This document shows positions 38,504 through 49,462 of a stretch of DNA of 64,000 nucleotides, piece by piece. The notes beneath the pieces were generated by a model that saw only the letters and a list, made by a program, of their open reading frames with translations, was not told where the DNA came from and did not search any database. The stretch lies in NCBI GenBank assembly GCA_040397175.1, contig JBBAWM010000002.1, positions 96,001 to 160,000 on the forward strand. Direction: 5' to 3'. Positions within the stretch are counted from its first letter, which is position 1. Every line of letters begins with the position of its first letter. Source of the DNA: Candidatus Limnocylindrus sp. (GTDB lineage Bacteria; Chloroflexota; Limnocylindria; Limnocylindrales; Limnocylindraceae). A program made the translations under genes and the position numbers.

Positions 38504-39462
38504 GGCTTCGCCCCCGTACGCCGTGCGCGCGGGTGCGCCGACGTGTAGAGCCCGCGCAGCCGCGTGGTTGAGACATGCGTGTATACCTGCGTCGTTCCGA
38601 GACTCTCGTGTCCGAGGAGCTCTTGCACCACGCGAAGGTCGGCGCCGCCATCGAGGAGGTGCGTGGCAAATGAGTGTCGCAGCGTATGGGGGTGAAACGC
38701 CTCGGGGAGACCCGCGGCCCGCGCGATGTCATCGAGCCGCGCGCGGGCGCCCCGTTCTCCGAGGGGCCCGCCGTTGCGGTTTAAGAAGAGCGCAGAACCA
38801 GGAGCATTGGTGAGTGCAGCGAGAGCCGGTCGGCCGTCAGAGATATATGCCTCAATGGCGCGGCGACATGGCGCGCCGAAGAGCGCAACGCGCTGCTTGT
38901 CACCCTTGCCAGTCACCTTCACCTCTCCACGTGCAAGCTGAAGGTCGCCAAGGGTGATCGCCACCACTTCGGCGATACGCAGGCCAGCTCCGTAGAGCAA
39001 TTCGACGAGTGCCGCGTCGCGACGCGCAAGCGAAGGTGAGGTGCCCATGGCCGCCTGCGCGATGAGTTGTTCAACCTGCCCTTGTGACAAGACGTCCGGA
39101 AGTCGCTTCTCCCGCTTCGGTCGAGCGAGCGCATGGAGCGGATCCTTTGCCACGCTCCCCTGCCGCACCCAAAAGCGGTAAAAGGTGCCGAGCGCGGCGA
39201 GCCGTTGCTGCACGGTGGAGCGTTCGCCATCTTCGCTGAGCAGCGCAATGTAGCGGCGAAGGTCAGCCCGACTTGGCGCGTACCAATCAATCCCTTCGTC
39301 GTCGTACCAGGCGATGAGCCGCTCAACCGCCGTGCGGTAGGAACGTTCCGTCGCAGCGGAGAGGGCGCGTGCTCGCAGGTGCATGATGAATGGAGCAATT
39401 CTCGGGTCAGTCACAGCGGGCGACCGCTGCGCCACGGGAGCCGATTCGCGGCCCCGGCTCAT
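38500..39462 (-). CDS. xerC: Tyrosine recombinase XerC
   Basis: RD.A..ELLYG.GLRI.E, GKG.K.R, HPHTLRHSFATH, LLGH, TTQVYTH; topA-xerC synteny. Confidence 0.88.
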   Translation of the reverse strand: MSRGRESAPVAQRSPAVTDPRIAPFIMHLRARALSAATERSYRTAVERLIAWYDDEGIDWYAPSRADLRRYIALLSEDGERSTVQQRLAALGTFYRFWVRQGSVAKDPLHALARPKREKRLPDVLSQGQVEQLIAQAAMGTSPSLARRDAALVELLYGAGLRIAEVVAITLGDLQLARGEVKVTGKGDKQRVALFGAPCRRAIEAYISDGRPALAALTNAPGSALFLNRNGGPLGERGARARLDDIARAAGLPEAFHPHTLRHSFATHLLDGGADLRVVQELLGHESLGTTQVYTHVSTTRLRGLYTSAHPRARRTGAKP

Positions 39463-42029
39463 TAGGCCGTTCCCACCTGTTCAGCCGGTTCCGGCGCCAC
39501 CGACTCAGCGCCGACGGGTTCTGCTACGAGATCCTTGACCTTCGTCGTCGAAATAGCCTTCGGCTTGGCCTTCGCTTTGGCCTTCGGCTTCGCATTGCCC
39601 TTCGGTTTCGCCTTGCTCTTCGGTGCGGCCTTCGCGCCACTATCGGCTGATGCTGCAGCACCCCGCCGTGGGCGCTTTGGCACCCAGGCGAGCGGATCCG
39701 GATCGCCGCCCGCAATCACTGAACCGAGCACTACCACCTCAGGAAGCGTTACGCGAGCGCCGCACTTGGTGCAGATGCCACCCTCGTCATCTTTACCGAT
39801 GACAGCACCACATTCGGCGTGTGTAGCGCCCGAGGGGCGCGGTCGAATCGTCTTGCAGTCGGGGTAGCGATTACACGAATAGAAGTAGGTCCCCCGTTTA
39901 TTGTTCTTCTTCGGTCCAAGTTTGCCACCGTGCTCCACACCACAAACCGGGCAGAGCGCATTGAACTCAAGCTTAAATTCTGCGGGTACCTCTGCTTTCG
40001 GAATGTACTTGCACTCGGGATACCGATCGCACCCGAGGAACCAACCGAAGCGACTCCGTCGCTGCGCCATCTTGCCGCCGTGTTCAGCGCCGCACATTGG
40101 ACAGGGAAGACCCGCACCCTCGAGCGTTGGCGTGTCACCAGACGGCGTGTCATCGCCGATTACCTTGGAGAGTGACTTGCGTTCGGCGTGCTCTGGGTAC
40201 AGCGTGCAGGCGAGATACCAACCGAATCGACCGAGGCGCTCCTCCATCGGGTGCCCTTCGGAGCATTTCTCGTCACTGGCGCGGTTGCGAAACTCTCCTG
40301 CGCCGATCGACTGCGCCTTCTCAAGGACGAGCGGATCAAAGGTGCCCCAGAACTTCTGCAGTACGTCGCGCCAATTTGCGCGCCCCTCTGCAACCGCGTC
40401 AAGCTCCTCCTCCATCCCAGCGGTGAAGCCAAGGTCAACGAAGGTGGCGAAGTGTGTCGTGAGCAGGTCGCACACCGTCTCGCCGAGTCGCGTGGCACGG
40501 AGGCGATTATCCTTGTCGCGGTCCACATACTCGCGCTCTTGGATACGTTCAATGATGGCGGCGTAGGTCGATGGTCGGCCAATGCCATACTTCTCCAACT
40601 CTTTGACGAGTGTTGGCTCGGTGAAGCGTGGCTCAGGCTTCGTGGCGTGAGGCACGCCCTCTACCGTTGCGACGCTCCCCTTTGAACCCTCTTGGAGGTC
40701 CGGAACCTTCGCCTCCGCATCTTCATCTTCGTCATCGCGGCCTTCGAGGTACACGGTGGTGAACCCTGGCTCAAGGGTGCGCGTCGCAACCGTTTTGAGA
40801 CGATCGCTTCCTGCGCTCCAAATCAACGTCGTTGAAGCGGAGAGCTTGTCGGGCATCTGTGATGCAATCGTGCGGCGCCAGATCAACGTGTAGACCTTCA
40901 GCTCGCGCTCGTCGATGTATGGTGCGGCGAGTTCGGGGGTGAGGGCGAGATTCGTTGGGCGAATCGCTTCGTGGGCCTCTTGTGCATTTTTCGACTTTGA
41001 AGCGTACTGGCGGCCGCCCTCAACGATCATCTCCGGGCCGAATCGCTCACGGATCACCGCTGAGGCGTCGCTGATGGCTTGCTGGCTCAGCGTTGGCGAA
41101 TCGGTGCGCATATAGGTAATGAGACCGGTGCGCTCACCTCCAATCTCCACACCTTCGTAGAGCTTCTGGGCGAGCTGCATCGTGACGCGCGAGCGGAAGC
41201 CGTGCTTGCGACCCGCCTCCTGTTGCAGCGTTGATGTGGTGAATGGTGGGACCGGGCGCTGCTTGCGCGTCCCCTCGCTGCGCTCCACGACAACGGCGTC
41301 CGCACCATCAAGCCGGGTCACGGCCGACGCCGCTACTTCAGGATCGAGTTCAAGAGTCTCCCCCTTCTCACCGATCAAGGTGGCAGGAACGGTCAGGTCC
41401 GTGGCCGTCGCTGGGCGAATCCCAATCTCAACCGTGGTGTAGTGACGCGGGATAAAGGCGCGGATGGCGCGTTCGCGCTCCACGACCAGGCGGAGGGCGA
41501 CCGATTGCACTCGCCCTGCAGACAGCTTCGGCTTGACGAGCCTTGAGAGGAGCGGCGAGAGGCGATAGCCGACGAGGCGATCCAGGATGCGGCGCGCCTG
41601 CTGGGCGTTGACGAGGTCAAGGTTGATGGCGCGAGGATGGGCAAACGCTTCGAGGATGGCCCCCTTGGTGATCTCGCTAAAGGTCACCCGACGACGGTCC
41701 GCCTCGGGGATGCCGAGCGCCTCGGCCACGTGCCAAGCAATCGCCTCCCCCTCACGGTCGAGGTCGGTTGCCAGCCAAACGGAGGTTGCCTTCTTTGCGG
41801 CACGAGTGATGTCATCAAGTCGCTTCTGCTTGTCCTCGATGATTTCGTAGAGGGGGGTGAAGCCGTTCTCCACGTCGACCGCCATGCTCCCCTTCTTCGT
41901 CTTCTGGGGAAGATCCCGAATGTGCCCGTAGGAGGCGAGCACGGTGTAGTCGGGGCCGAGATACCGCTCAATCGTCTGAGCCTTGGCCGGCGACTCGACG
42001 ATCACGAGGTTGGAGGCTGCCTTTGTCAT
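39462..42029 (-). CDS. topA: DNA topoisomerase I with Zn ribbons and a Lys/Ala-rich tail
   Basis: IVESPAKA, DREGE, SAGRVQS, ITYMRTD (catalytic Tyr), QEAHEAIRPT, GIGRPSTY; start placed at ATG 42029. Confidence 0.97.
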   Translation of the reverse strand: MTKAASNLVIVESPAKAQTIERYLGPDYTVLASYGHIRDLPQKTKKGSMAVDVENGFTPLYEIIEDKQKRLDDITRAAKKATSVWLATDLDREGEAIAWHVAEALGIPEADRRRVTFSEITKGAILEAFAHPRAINLDLVNAQQARRILDRLVGYRLSPLLSRLVKPKLSAGRVQSVALRLVVERERAIRAFIPRHYTTVEIGIRPATATDLTVPATLIGEKGETLELDPEVAASAVTRLDGADAVVVERSEGTRKQRPVPPFTTSTLQQEAGRKHGFRSRVTMQLAQKLYEGVEIGGERTGLITYMRTDSPTLSQQAISDASAVIRERFGPEMIVEGGRQYASKSKNAQEAHEAIRPTNLALTPELAAPYIDERELKVYTLIWRRTIASQMPDKLSASTTLIWSAGSDRLKTVATRTLEPGFTTVYLEGRDDEDEDAEAKVPDLQEGSKGSVATVEGVPHATKPEPRFTEPTLVKELEKYGIGRPSTYAAIIERIQEREYVDRDKDNRLRATRLGETVCDLLTTHFATFVDLGFTAGMEEELDAVAEGRANWRDVLQKFWGTFDPLVLEKAQSIGAGEFRNRASDEKCSEGHPMEERLGRFGWYLACTLYPEHAERKSLSKVIGDDTPSGDTPTLEGAGLPCPMCGAEHGGKMAQRRSRFGWFLGCDRYPECKYIPKAEVPAEFKLEFNALCPVCGVEHGGKLGPKKNNKRGTYFYSCNRYPDCKTIRPRPSGATHAECGAVIGKDDEGGICTKCGARVTLPEVVVLGSVIAGGDPDPLAWVPKRPRRGAAASADSGAKAAPKSKAKPKGNAKPKAKAKAKPKAISTTKVKDLVAEPVGAESVAPEPAEQVGTA

Positions 42030-43009
42030 GGGCGAGAGCGTAGCACCGCCCCCAGAACGCGCCGCCAACGCCCGCCACGCTGCTCAATCAGCCCGCGCAG
42101 GCTCAAGAGGGTCAGTGCAGCCACCATTGCCCCGGGCAACTCCCCCGAAATGTCGCTCAGATCGCCCTCTACGACCCCCTCAGCCCCAGCTGCATCCACT
42201 CTCTGGAGGATTTCGCGCTGCAGCCCAGAGGCTTCACCCATTGTGCCGCTCGCCGTTGGGGCGGTCACCCTGAAGCGGTCCACAAAATCGCCATGCAAGG
42301 ACAGTGCACAGACAGTAAGCCACGCGCGGAGGTCGGCCTCCCCTGCGATGAGCACGGGTGAGCGCTCTTCGGTGAGGCGCAAAGACAACTCCTGTGCTCG
42401 CTGTAGCCAGCGGAGACCCCCCGCGGCACTCTCGGCGCCGTACGGGGCATTCACAACAGCGACTGGAAGCCCGAACCCTGCCGCCGATTCGGCGGTGATC
42501 AGCGCCCCAGATCCTTCCGGCGCCTCGACGACGATGAGCCCGTCGCAGAGCGCGGCCAGGAGGTGGTTGCGAGCGGCGAAGCTCCAGGCGGCAGGCGGGG
42601 TCCCGACCGGACGATCGGAGAGTAGGAGCCCCACCTCCTGGATCTGCGCAGCAAGGCGCCGCGCCCCGTAGCGCAGCCCGAGCGGGGCTGGGCTAGGAAG
42701 TACTGCGATCGTCTCCCCTCCCGCCTCTACGGCGGCCAGATGGGCCGTCTCGTCGATCCCCAGGGCGAGTCCTGACACCACGCACCAGCCCGCCCCCGCC
42801 ACCTCGAAGGCGATGCGCCGAGCCGCCGCAGTGCCATGCGGCGAGGGGCGCCTGGTGCCGACGATCCCGATCGATGGCCTCCCTAGCACCTCCAGCTGCC
42901 CCAGGGCCCAGAGCGGGCGCCGCCGATCTGCATCAGGGGCTAGCCCGAGCGGCCCGCTGCGCCGTTCGGGGATGCGCGGGTCACCCGGGCGCAGTAGTAC
43001 GGCGCTCAC
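42026..43009 (-). CDS. dprA: DNA-processing protein DprA (N-terminal SAM domain apparently absent)
   Basis: IVGTR, VSGLALGID..AH, F..RN, VVEA..SGALITA; C-terminal winged-helix-like segment. Confidence 0.9.
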   Translation of the reverse strand: MSAVLLRPGDPRIPERRSGPLGLAPDADRRRPLWALGQLEVLGRPSIGIVGTRRPSPHGTAAARRIAFEVAGAGWCVVSGLALGIDETAHLAAVEAGGETIAVLPSPAPLGLRYGARRLAAQIQEVGLLLSDRPVGTPPAAWSFAARNHLLAALCDGLIVVEAPEGSGALITAESAAGFGLPVAVVNAPYGAESAAGGLRWLQRAQELSLRLTEERSPVLIAGEADLRAWLTVCALSLHGDFVDRFRVTAPTASGTMGEASGLQREILQRVDAAGAEGVVEGDLSDISGELPGAMVAALTLLSLRGLIEQRGGRWRRVLGAVLRSRP

Positions 43010-44445
43010 CAGCGATCGCCGTGCAGGTGGATCGCCTCTGCCACATCAGCATCGCCCACCCGATCGCGGCCGTCGAGGAGCGCCACCACCATCGCAACCC
43101 GTTCTATCTGACTCCATGCCCGTATGCCGAGACCTTCAATGGTGCGGCGTGTCGCAACGGTCATTGCGTCGGTACCGTGAGGCTGCTGCCCAAGTGCGGC
43201 GCGGACAGCGGTTGCACGTTCGCGAGCCGCAATCGTGGTGAGTTCGCCGCGCGGAAGTGCAGCCAGTGGCGTGCTCGGTCGAGCAAGCCGCACGCGCAGC
43301 GGGAATCGATCACGAATCGGTGCCGAGAGCGAGAGGCTCCCCCGACGTCGCGCGGCAGGGAGGCAGCGGCAGGTGCCACTCGGCTGCTCCAGCTCCCCAC
43401 AGCCGCAGGGATTTCCGGTGGCCGCCACGATCGCATCCGCAGGAAAGCGAACCGAACGCCCCGCGCGAACCAGATCAACACTCCCGCGCTCCAGTGGTTC
43501 TCGCAGCGCCTCCAGCGCATCACGCCGGAATTCACCGATCTCATCAAGCAACAAGAGTCCGCGATGCGCCCAGGTAAGTTCGCCCGGCGTCATCCGAGGG
43601 CCTCCGCCGATGAGCCCCGCCACCGTGATGTCGTGGTGCGGAGCCCGCAACGGGGGGCGTAACGGTTGGCCCACAGCATGACCACCTGCAGAGGCAATGG
43701 ATGCGACCTCGCTGCGCTCCTCCATCGCGAGATCAGGGAGGATTGCATGCAACGCACGAGCAAGCATCGACTTTCCAACGCCTGGCGGCCCCTCAAGCAG
43801 AATTGGAAAGCGTCCGCACGCTGCGATCAAGATGGCACGCGAAGCAAGGGGCTGTCCACGAATGTTCGCAAGCTCGCAGCTCTCCTCATCACCAAACGTG
43901 GACAGCGCCGGACTCGCTCGTACCAAATCGACCCTTCTTCGGCCGGTGACCACCGCCGACGCCGCATCCGCCAGCGTGGCAACCGGCATCACGGCTCCGC
44001 TAGACAAACCAGGGAGCATCTCCATGCTCGCAGGGAGCAGCACACGGTGACCCGCGGATAGGAGCGGAAGAGCAAGTGGCAAGGCGCCAGGGACACTCCG
44101 CACCCTGCCATCAAGCGCCAGCTCACCGATCGCGGCGAGGGTTTCCTTGCCGCGATGGTGGATCTGTCCGCTGGCAAGGAGGATGCCGATGGCGATGGCG
44201 AGATCAAATGAACCGCCACTCTTGCGAAGGTCGGCCGGTGCGAGATTGATCGTGATACGACGAGCGGGCCAGGTGTAGCCCGCAGCACGAATGGCGGAAC
44301 GGATGCGCTCGCGAGCTTCGCCTACGGCGGTGTCAGGGAGGCCAACGATTCGGGTCGCCGGAATGCCAGGGGCAACGTCGACCTCGACCTCAACCGGCAC
44401 CCCTTCAATACCAACGAGCGCGGTAGAGGCGACCGATGTTGGCAT
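43006..44445 (-). CDS. comM: YifB/ComM Mg-chelatase-like AAA+ ATPase
   Basis: VGLPD.AV.E.RER, INLAPADL.K.G..FDL.IA, GPPGVGKS, RAPHH, PGE, LDE, NPCGCG. Confidence 0.92.
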   Translation of the reverse strand: MPTSVASTALVGIEGVPVEVEVDVAPGIPATRIVGLPDTAVGEARERIRSAIRAAGYTWPARRITINLAPADLRKSGGSFDLAIAIGILLASGQIHHRGKETLAAIGELALDGRVRSVPGALPLALPLLSAGHRVLLPASMEMLPGLSSGAVMPVATLADAASAVVTGRRRVDLVRASPALSTFGDEESCELANIRGQPLASRAILIAACGRFPILLEGPPGVGKSMLARALHAILPDLAMEERSEVASIASAGGHAVGQPLRPPLRAPHHDITVAGLIGGGPRMTPGELTWAHRGLLLLDEIGEFRRDALEALREPLERGSVDLVRAGRSVRFPADAIVAATGNPCGCGELEQPSGTCRCLPAARRRGSLSLSAPIRDRFPLRVRLARPSTPLAALPRGELTTIAARERATAVRAALGQQPHGTDAMTVATRRTIEGLGIRAWSQIERVAMVVALLDGRDRVGDADVAEAIHLHGDRW

Positions 44446-44489
44446 GAAGAGACGATCGCATCGACCACGTACGAGTCACGTAGCAGGGG

Positions 44490-45137
44490 CTAGAGGTTGG
44501 CGGAAACCTCGGCAATCGTGTCGATGAGGCGCGCCGACCAGCCTTCGAGTTCCTCTCTACGGCGCAGCGCCTCGCGCACCGGTACGAGGGAGCCTGCGAG
44601 CTTGTGCGTTTCACGAATGTGAATCGATGGCGAAGTCAACCGCGCAATGAAGACCACGCCCAGGTGCACCCGACCAACATCGTCACCGTCATCGTTGAGC
44701 AACCCGAGTGGTGTGAACTGCGGAAGGGTGGGCGTGTCAACCTCTTCGGCCCATTCGCGCGCGAGGGCGGCGTGTATGCCGCCATCGTTTGGCGAGATGT
44801 GCCCACCCACGCCGAACGAGGCTCGACCATGCAGTCGTTTGTCACTGCCACCGGGGAGACGATCCATCCAGAAGAGCTGCGTCTCACCTGCAGGTGTCCC
44901 ATCAGGGCGGTAAAGAGCCACCGCATAGGGGATCGGCTGCTTCCAGGAGGGATCGGATTCTAGATCGCGCCGCGGACGCGGCTGCGCCAACCGGTCAAGG
45001 CGTGCGATCTCACGCTCCCCCTCTTCGGTGCTGGTGAAGGCGCGGAGTCCTGTCCAGGCCCCTGCAGGGAGTGCAAGGTCGCGAGGCATGCCAACGATCT
45101 CTTCGTCGGCGCCCTTCGCCAACGGATCAGCGCTCAC
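44490..45137 (-). CDS. NUDIX-family phosphoesterase-like protein (YmaB/COG4112 type)
   Basis: E.DPSWKQPIPY, R..G..RLH...S.GVGGH, REW.EE, ND...VG.VHLG; GTGA overlap with tyrA. Confidence 0.8.
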   Translation of the reverse strand: MSADPLAKGADEEIVGMPRDLALPAGAWTGLRAFTSTEEGEREIARLDRLAQPRPRRDLESDPSWKQPIPYAVALYRPDGTPAGETQLFWMDRLPGGSDKRLHGRASFGVGGHISPNDGGIHAALAREWAEEVDTPTLPQFTPLGLLNDDGDDVGRVHLGVVFIARLTSPSIHIRETHKLAGSLVPVREALRRREELEGWSARLIDTIAEVSANL

Positions 45138-46042
45138 TCGCTCTCCGTTAGCACCGCACGGGCGGCGGCGAGGCGCCCCTCCAGGTCGGTTCGGCCAAAC
45201 ACGGGGTCGTTCTCTGCCGCGGCCAAGCGCGCATCCCACTGCTCCAAGACGAGTCGAAGTGTCTTCAGGCGACGGCGAACCTCGCGCGCGTTCGTCGCCA
45301 AGATATCGGCTCCCATCGCCTCAGAGCCGCGTGCGAGGCGTGTGGCAGAGAGCCAACCGGTGCTCGCGAGCAGGTGCGAGATCTTCCAGCCGTCATGGGC
45401 ATCGGCCGCCTCTCCGAGCGCCACGGTCTCTACGAGCGCTGCGGCAAGGAGGAGTGGCAGGTGGCTGACCGCGGCGGTGGCAGCGTCATGCAGCTCCGCC
45501 TCCAGGATCACTGGCCGAGCACCGCAGCTGGTTGCGAGACGCTCAACGAGTGCGGCCGCGCCTCCACCATTGGCGCCGGGAACAACCACCCACGGTCGCC
45601 CAAGGAAGAGGTTGGCGTCTGCCGAAGCGAAACCAGTCTCGTGGCTCCCCGCCATCGGATGGCCGCCACAGAAACGAATGTTCCGTGCCGCCGCCTCCTT
45701 CGCGATCCAGACCTTCGTCGAGGCGACGTCTGTAACGACCGCCCCGTCCGCAAGGCGTCCAGATCGGCGACAGATCACCAACTCATCGAGCAGTGCCGTC
45801 ATGGCGATCGGTGGCGCACAGAGAATTACCAACGCTGCTCCATCAACCGTTTCGGCAATCGATCGGCCAACGGTATCGATCACACCCGCCGCTAGCGCCT
45901 CTCGCGGTCCAGTCTGCGATGGGGTCCAAGCAGCAATTTCCAGGCCGCTCTCATCAAGTGGGCCAACGGCGGCTGGGTCTTCACGCAGCGCCCGCGCAAT
46001 CGAACCGCCAATCAGGCCCAGGCCGAGCAGTGCGACCTTCAC
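45134..46042 (-). CDS. tyrA: Prephenate/arogenate dehydrogenase
   Basis: GLGLIGGS, TDVASTK, GGHPMAGS, HD...A.VSHLP, TRLA. Confidence 0.92.
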   Translation of the reverse strand: MKVALLGLGLIGGSIARALREDPAAVGPLDESGLEIAAWTPSQTGPREALAAGVIDTVGRSIAETVDGAALVILCAPPIAMTALLDELVICRRSGRLADGAVVTDVASTKVWIAKEAAARNIRFCGGHPMAGSHETGFASADANLFLGRPWVVVPGANGGGAAALVERLATSCGARPVILEAELHDAATAAVSHLPLLLAAALVETVALGEAADAHDGWKISHLLASTGWLSATRLARGSEAMGADILATNAREVRRRLKTLRLVLEQWDARLAAAENDPVFGRTDLEGRLAAARAVLTESE

Positions 46043-46048
46043 AGGCGA

Positions 46049-47455
46049 TCAGCCAACGGTGGCGATGGCGTCGAGAGCCCGAATGACCGCGCGGATGCCA
46101 CCCTCAAAATTGCCGAGATCCATCGACTCATTCGGCGCGTGCGCATTGTCGTCAGGTGGTGTGAAACCGAGGAGCACAACTGGTAGACCGAGCTCCTTCT
46201 GGAAGAGCGCGGCGATCGGAATGGATCCGCCTTCGCGGATGTAGAGCGGCGGTACGCCAAACGTGGCCTCAAGGGCTCCGGCGGCAGCGTTGAGGTACGG
46301 ATCTCCAAGTGGGGTGAGGAAGGCGTCGCCGTTGCCAAGGTTCTGCACCTCCACCTGCAGGCCAGTAGGGGCCGCAGCGCGCAGGGCCGCTTCAACCTGT
46401 CGCCCGACCTTCGCGGGGTCCTGGGCTGTGACCAGGCGGCATGAAATTTTAGCGTGTGCGTGCGCAGGGATGATCGTCTTAGAGCCATCGCCCATGAAAC
46501 CGCCCCAAATGCCATTCACATCAAGTGTTGGGCGCCCACCGCGTCGCTCGACCGTGGAGTAACCGCTCTCCCCCGCCGTGGCGGTGGCCCCGATCCCAGA
46601 GAGATAGCCCGCCTCATCAAACGGCAGCGCCGCAAAGGCGGCGCGGTCTGCAGGGGTCAGCGCAACGACATCGTCGTAAAAGCCGGGTACCGTAATGTGG
46701 CCGTTCTCGTCATGCAGCGAAGCAATCATTGCAGCGAGGGCATTGGCAGGATTGATCACTGAGCCGCCGTAGCTCCCCGAGTGAAGGTCGACATCCGAGG
46801 CGCGCACATCCACTTGCAGATACGTGATTCCGCGAAGCCCAACCGTGAGGGCGGGTCGGTTGCCATCGAAGAAGCCGGAGTCACTGATGATTACGGCGTC
46901 GCCGCTGCAGCGCTCAGGATTCGACGCCATCCACGATTCAAGGTTTACGGAGCTGGACTCCTCTTCGCCCTCAAACACGTACTTCACGTTGACCGGCAGG
47001 GTGCCGCGCGTGATCACGAGCGCCTCGAGTGCGCTGAGATGAATCACGATTTGGCCCTTGTCGTCGGCCGAGCCGCGACCGAGCATGCGCCCGTCGCGAA
47101 CGATCGGCTCAAATGGGCTGGTCTTCCAGAGGTCAAGCGGGTCCCCGGGCTGCACGTCGTAGTGGCCATAGATCACCACGGTCGGTAGCGAGCTGTTGAC
47201 GATCTTCTCGGCAACAACGATGGGGTGACCACCCGTCTCGCTCACCTCGACGCGCTCCGCACCGATTCGACGGAGCTCGGCCGCAAGCCACTCTGCGGCT
47301 GCACGACAATCTGGCGCATGCTCAGAGAGCGCGGAGACGCTCGGGATCTTCAGGAACTCCGCATACTTCGCCATCCGCGCGGTGGCCGTTGCGACGAGAT
47401 GCGCCTCCTCTGGCCCCTCTAGCCCCTTCCAGGTGAGTGTTGGGGCGTACGCCAT
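46049..47455 (-). CDS. M20 family dipeptidase
   Basis: YGHYDVQP, GRGSADDKG, EGEEE, DLHSG, GGSIP, HAPNE. Confidence 0.92.
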   Translation of the reverse strand: MAYAPTLTWKGLEGPEEAHLVATATARMAKYAEFLKIPSVSALSEHAPDCRAAAEWLAAELRRIGAERVEVSETGGHPIVVAEKIVNSSLPTVVIYGHYDVQPGDPLDLWKTSPFEPIVRDGRMLGRGSADDKGQIVIHLSALEALVITRGTLPVNVKYVFEGEEESSSVNLESWMASNPERCSGDAVIISDSGFFDGNRPALTVGLRGITYLQVDVRASDVDLHSGSYGGSVINPANALAAMIASLHDENGHITVPGFYDDVVALTPADRAAFAALPFDEAGYLSGIGATATAGESGYSTVERRGGRPTLDVNGIWGGFMGDGSKTIIPAHAHAKISCRLVTAQDPAKVGRQVEAALRAAAPTGLQVEVQNLGNGDAFLTPLGDPYLNAAAGALEATFGVPPLYIREGGSIPIAALFQKELGLPVVLLGFTPPDDNAHAPNESMDLGNFEGGIRAVIRALDAIATVG

Positions 47456-49425
47456 CAGGCCGGCTGCCCTGCCGCCGCACCGCCAGGGCCAGGCTTGACC
47501 ACGTTCTCAGCCTTCGCATCGGCGCTCACCAGTGGAATGGAGACGCCAGCGGCGCGCAGTCGATCCAGTAGCCCAGAGTATGCAGCTGGCTTTGCAGGCA
47601 GATCCGCAAAGAGCCCTTCAAAGGCCTCCCCCTCCACCGTCTCCTCTGCGATCAACTTGGCCGCAAGGGCATCCAGGCGATCGCGATGCTTTGTGAGCAC
47701 CTCACGAGCACGGACCGCACCACGGTCGATGATCGCACGTACCTCTTCATCGATCTGCTTCGCAACGGACTCTGAGTAGTTCTTCTGCTCCGACATCTCG
47801 CGGCCCAAGAAGATCATCTCGTCCTGACGGCCGAGCGTGACGGTCCCAAGCTTCTCGGACATGCCGAAGCGCGTCACCATCTTGCGCGCAAGATCGGTCG
47901 CCTTCTCGATGTCGTTCGAAGCTCCGGTGGTGGTGTCACCGAAGACCAGCTGTTCGGCAACATTCCCACCGAGCATTGCGGCGATCTTGTCTTCGAATTC
48001 GCTCTTGCTCTGCAGGTAGCGGTCTTCCGTCGGAAGGTTCATCGTGTAGCCGAGCGCCATGCCGCGGCTGATCACCGTCACCTTGCTAACCGGATCGCAC
48101 TTCTCAAGGATGCGCCCAACCACCGCATGGCCGCCTTCGTGGTACGCGATGATCTGCTTCTCTGGTTCGGTAATAAGACGACTCTTGCGCTGTGGTCCGG
48201 CCATGACGCGATCGAGGGCTTCGGCAAACTCGTCCATGCCAATCGTGCGCTTGCTACGACGTGCGGCGAGGATCGCAGCCTCGTTCATGAGGTTCGCCAG
48301 ATCTGCACCCGAGAAGCCTGGTGAGCGGCGTGCGATCTCTTCAAGATTGACGCTCTTGTCGAGTGGCTTCCCCTTCACGTGCACCTTCAAGATCGCGAGG
48401 CGACCCTTCAGGTCTGGACGATCCAGGATCACCTGGCGGTCGAAGCGACCCGGGCGGAGGAGCGCAGGGTCGAGCACATCGGGACGGTTTGTGGCGGCGA
48501 TGATGATCACGTTCGTGCCGGTCTCGAAGCCGTCCATCTCCACGAGGATCTGGTTCAGGGTCTGTTCGCGTTCGTCATGTGAGCCGCCGAGCCCAGCGCC
48601 ACGCTGTCGACCAACGGCGTCAATCTCGTCAATGAAGACGATGCACGGCGAGTTGCGCTTCGCCTGATCGAAGAGGTCGCGCACACGCGAGGCACCCACG
48701 CCAACGAACATCTCGACGAATTCAGAGCCAGAGATGCTGAAGAACGGCACGCCGGCCTCGCCAGCAACGGCGCGGGCGAGCAGGGTCTTCCCGGTGCCTG
48801 GTGAGCCGATCAAGAGGACGCCCTTCGGAATCTTTGCGCCGAGCGCCTCGAAGCGCTCAGGAAATTTCAGGAACTCCACGACCTCTTCCAGTTCAACCTT
48901 GGCCTCCTCGACGCCTGCGACATCGGCAAAGGTGACGGGGGTTTTGTTTGCAATGAACATCTTCGCCTTGCTCTTGCCGAAGCTCATCGCCTGGTTGTTC
49001 TGCCCCTGGGCGCTGCGCATCATGAAGACGAAGAGGCCACCGATCAGGAGGACCGGCAGCAGGGCGCTAATCAGCAGGCTGAAGAGTTGACCGGAGTCGT
49101 CGGGCTTCTTGGCGCCGAACGTCACGTTGTCGGGGTTACGACCGCCAGCAACGGCCGCGGCTCGAACATCGTTGTAGACATCGGTGAGTTGTGTTGGGAC
49201 CTGCACCTCGTAGGTCTCAGGTGGGGTGCCGGTCTTGGTAATCGTCAGGATCTGATCCTGTTGCACGACGGAGGCAATGCTGCCACTGCGAACCTCGGCC
49301 AAGAACGCCGAGTAGTCCTTCGTGGGGGCGGGCACAGGGGTAAGGAGGACGCTGCCGAGCAGCACGACCGTGCCCAGGAGCAGGATCAGCATGACTGCAC
49401 CGTTTCGCAGAGCCTTTGGAATCAT
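47455..49425 (-). CDS. ftsH: ATP-dependent zinc metalloprotease FtsH
   Basis: Two [22 protein letters not shown], second-region-of-homology motif, HEGGH; SD GGAGG before ATG 49425. Confidence 0.98.
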   Translation of the reverse strand: MIPKALRNGAVMLILLLGTVVLLGSVLLTPVPAPTKDYSAFLAEVRSGSIASVVQQDQILTITKTGTPPETYEVQVPTQLTDVYNDVRAAAVAGGRNPDNVTFGAKKPDDSGQLFSLLISALLPVLLIGGLFVFMMRSAQGQNNQAMSFGKSKAKMFIANKTPVTFADVAGVEEAKVELEEVVEFLKFPERFEALGAKIPKGVLLIGSPGTGKTLLARAVAGEAGVPFFSISGSEFVEMFVGVGASRVRDLFDQAKRNSPCIVFIDEIDAVGRQRGAGLGGSHDEREQTLNQILVEMDGFETGTNVIIIAATNRPDVLDPALLRPGRFDRQVILDRPDLKGRLAILKVHVKGKPLDKSVNLEEIARRSPGFSGADLANLMNEAAILAARRSKRTIGMDEFAEALDRVMAGPQRKSRLITEPEKQIIAYHEGGHAVVGRILEKCDPVSKVTVISRGMALGYTMNLPTEDRYLQSKSEFEDKIAAMLGGNVAEQLVFGDTTTGASNDIEKATDLARKMVTRFGMSEKLGTVTLGRQDEMIFLGREMSEQKNYSESVAKQIDEEVRAIIDRGAVRAREVLTKHRDRLDALAAKLIAEETVEGEAFEGLFADLPAKPAAYSGLLDRLRAAGVSIPLVSADAKAENVVKPGPGGAAAGQPA

Positions 49426-49462
49426 TTGGTTCCCTCCGTTCTCCGTCTTCCCCAAAGGTGCA

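Noticed and set aside
39556-39635. Imperfect repeat of ccttcg/gccttcgg units
   Set aside because: Codon repeat of the TopA Lys/Ala/Pro tail; no spacers, so not a CRISPR array.
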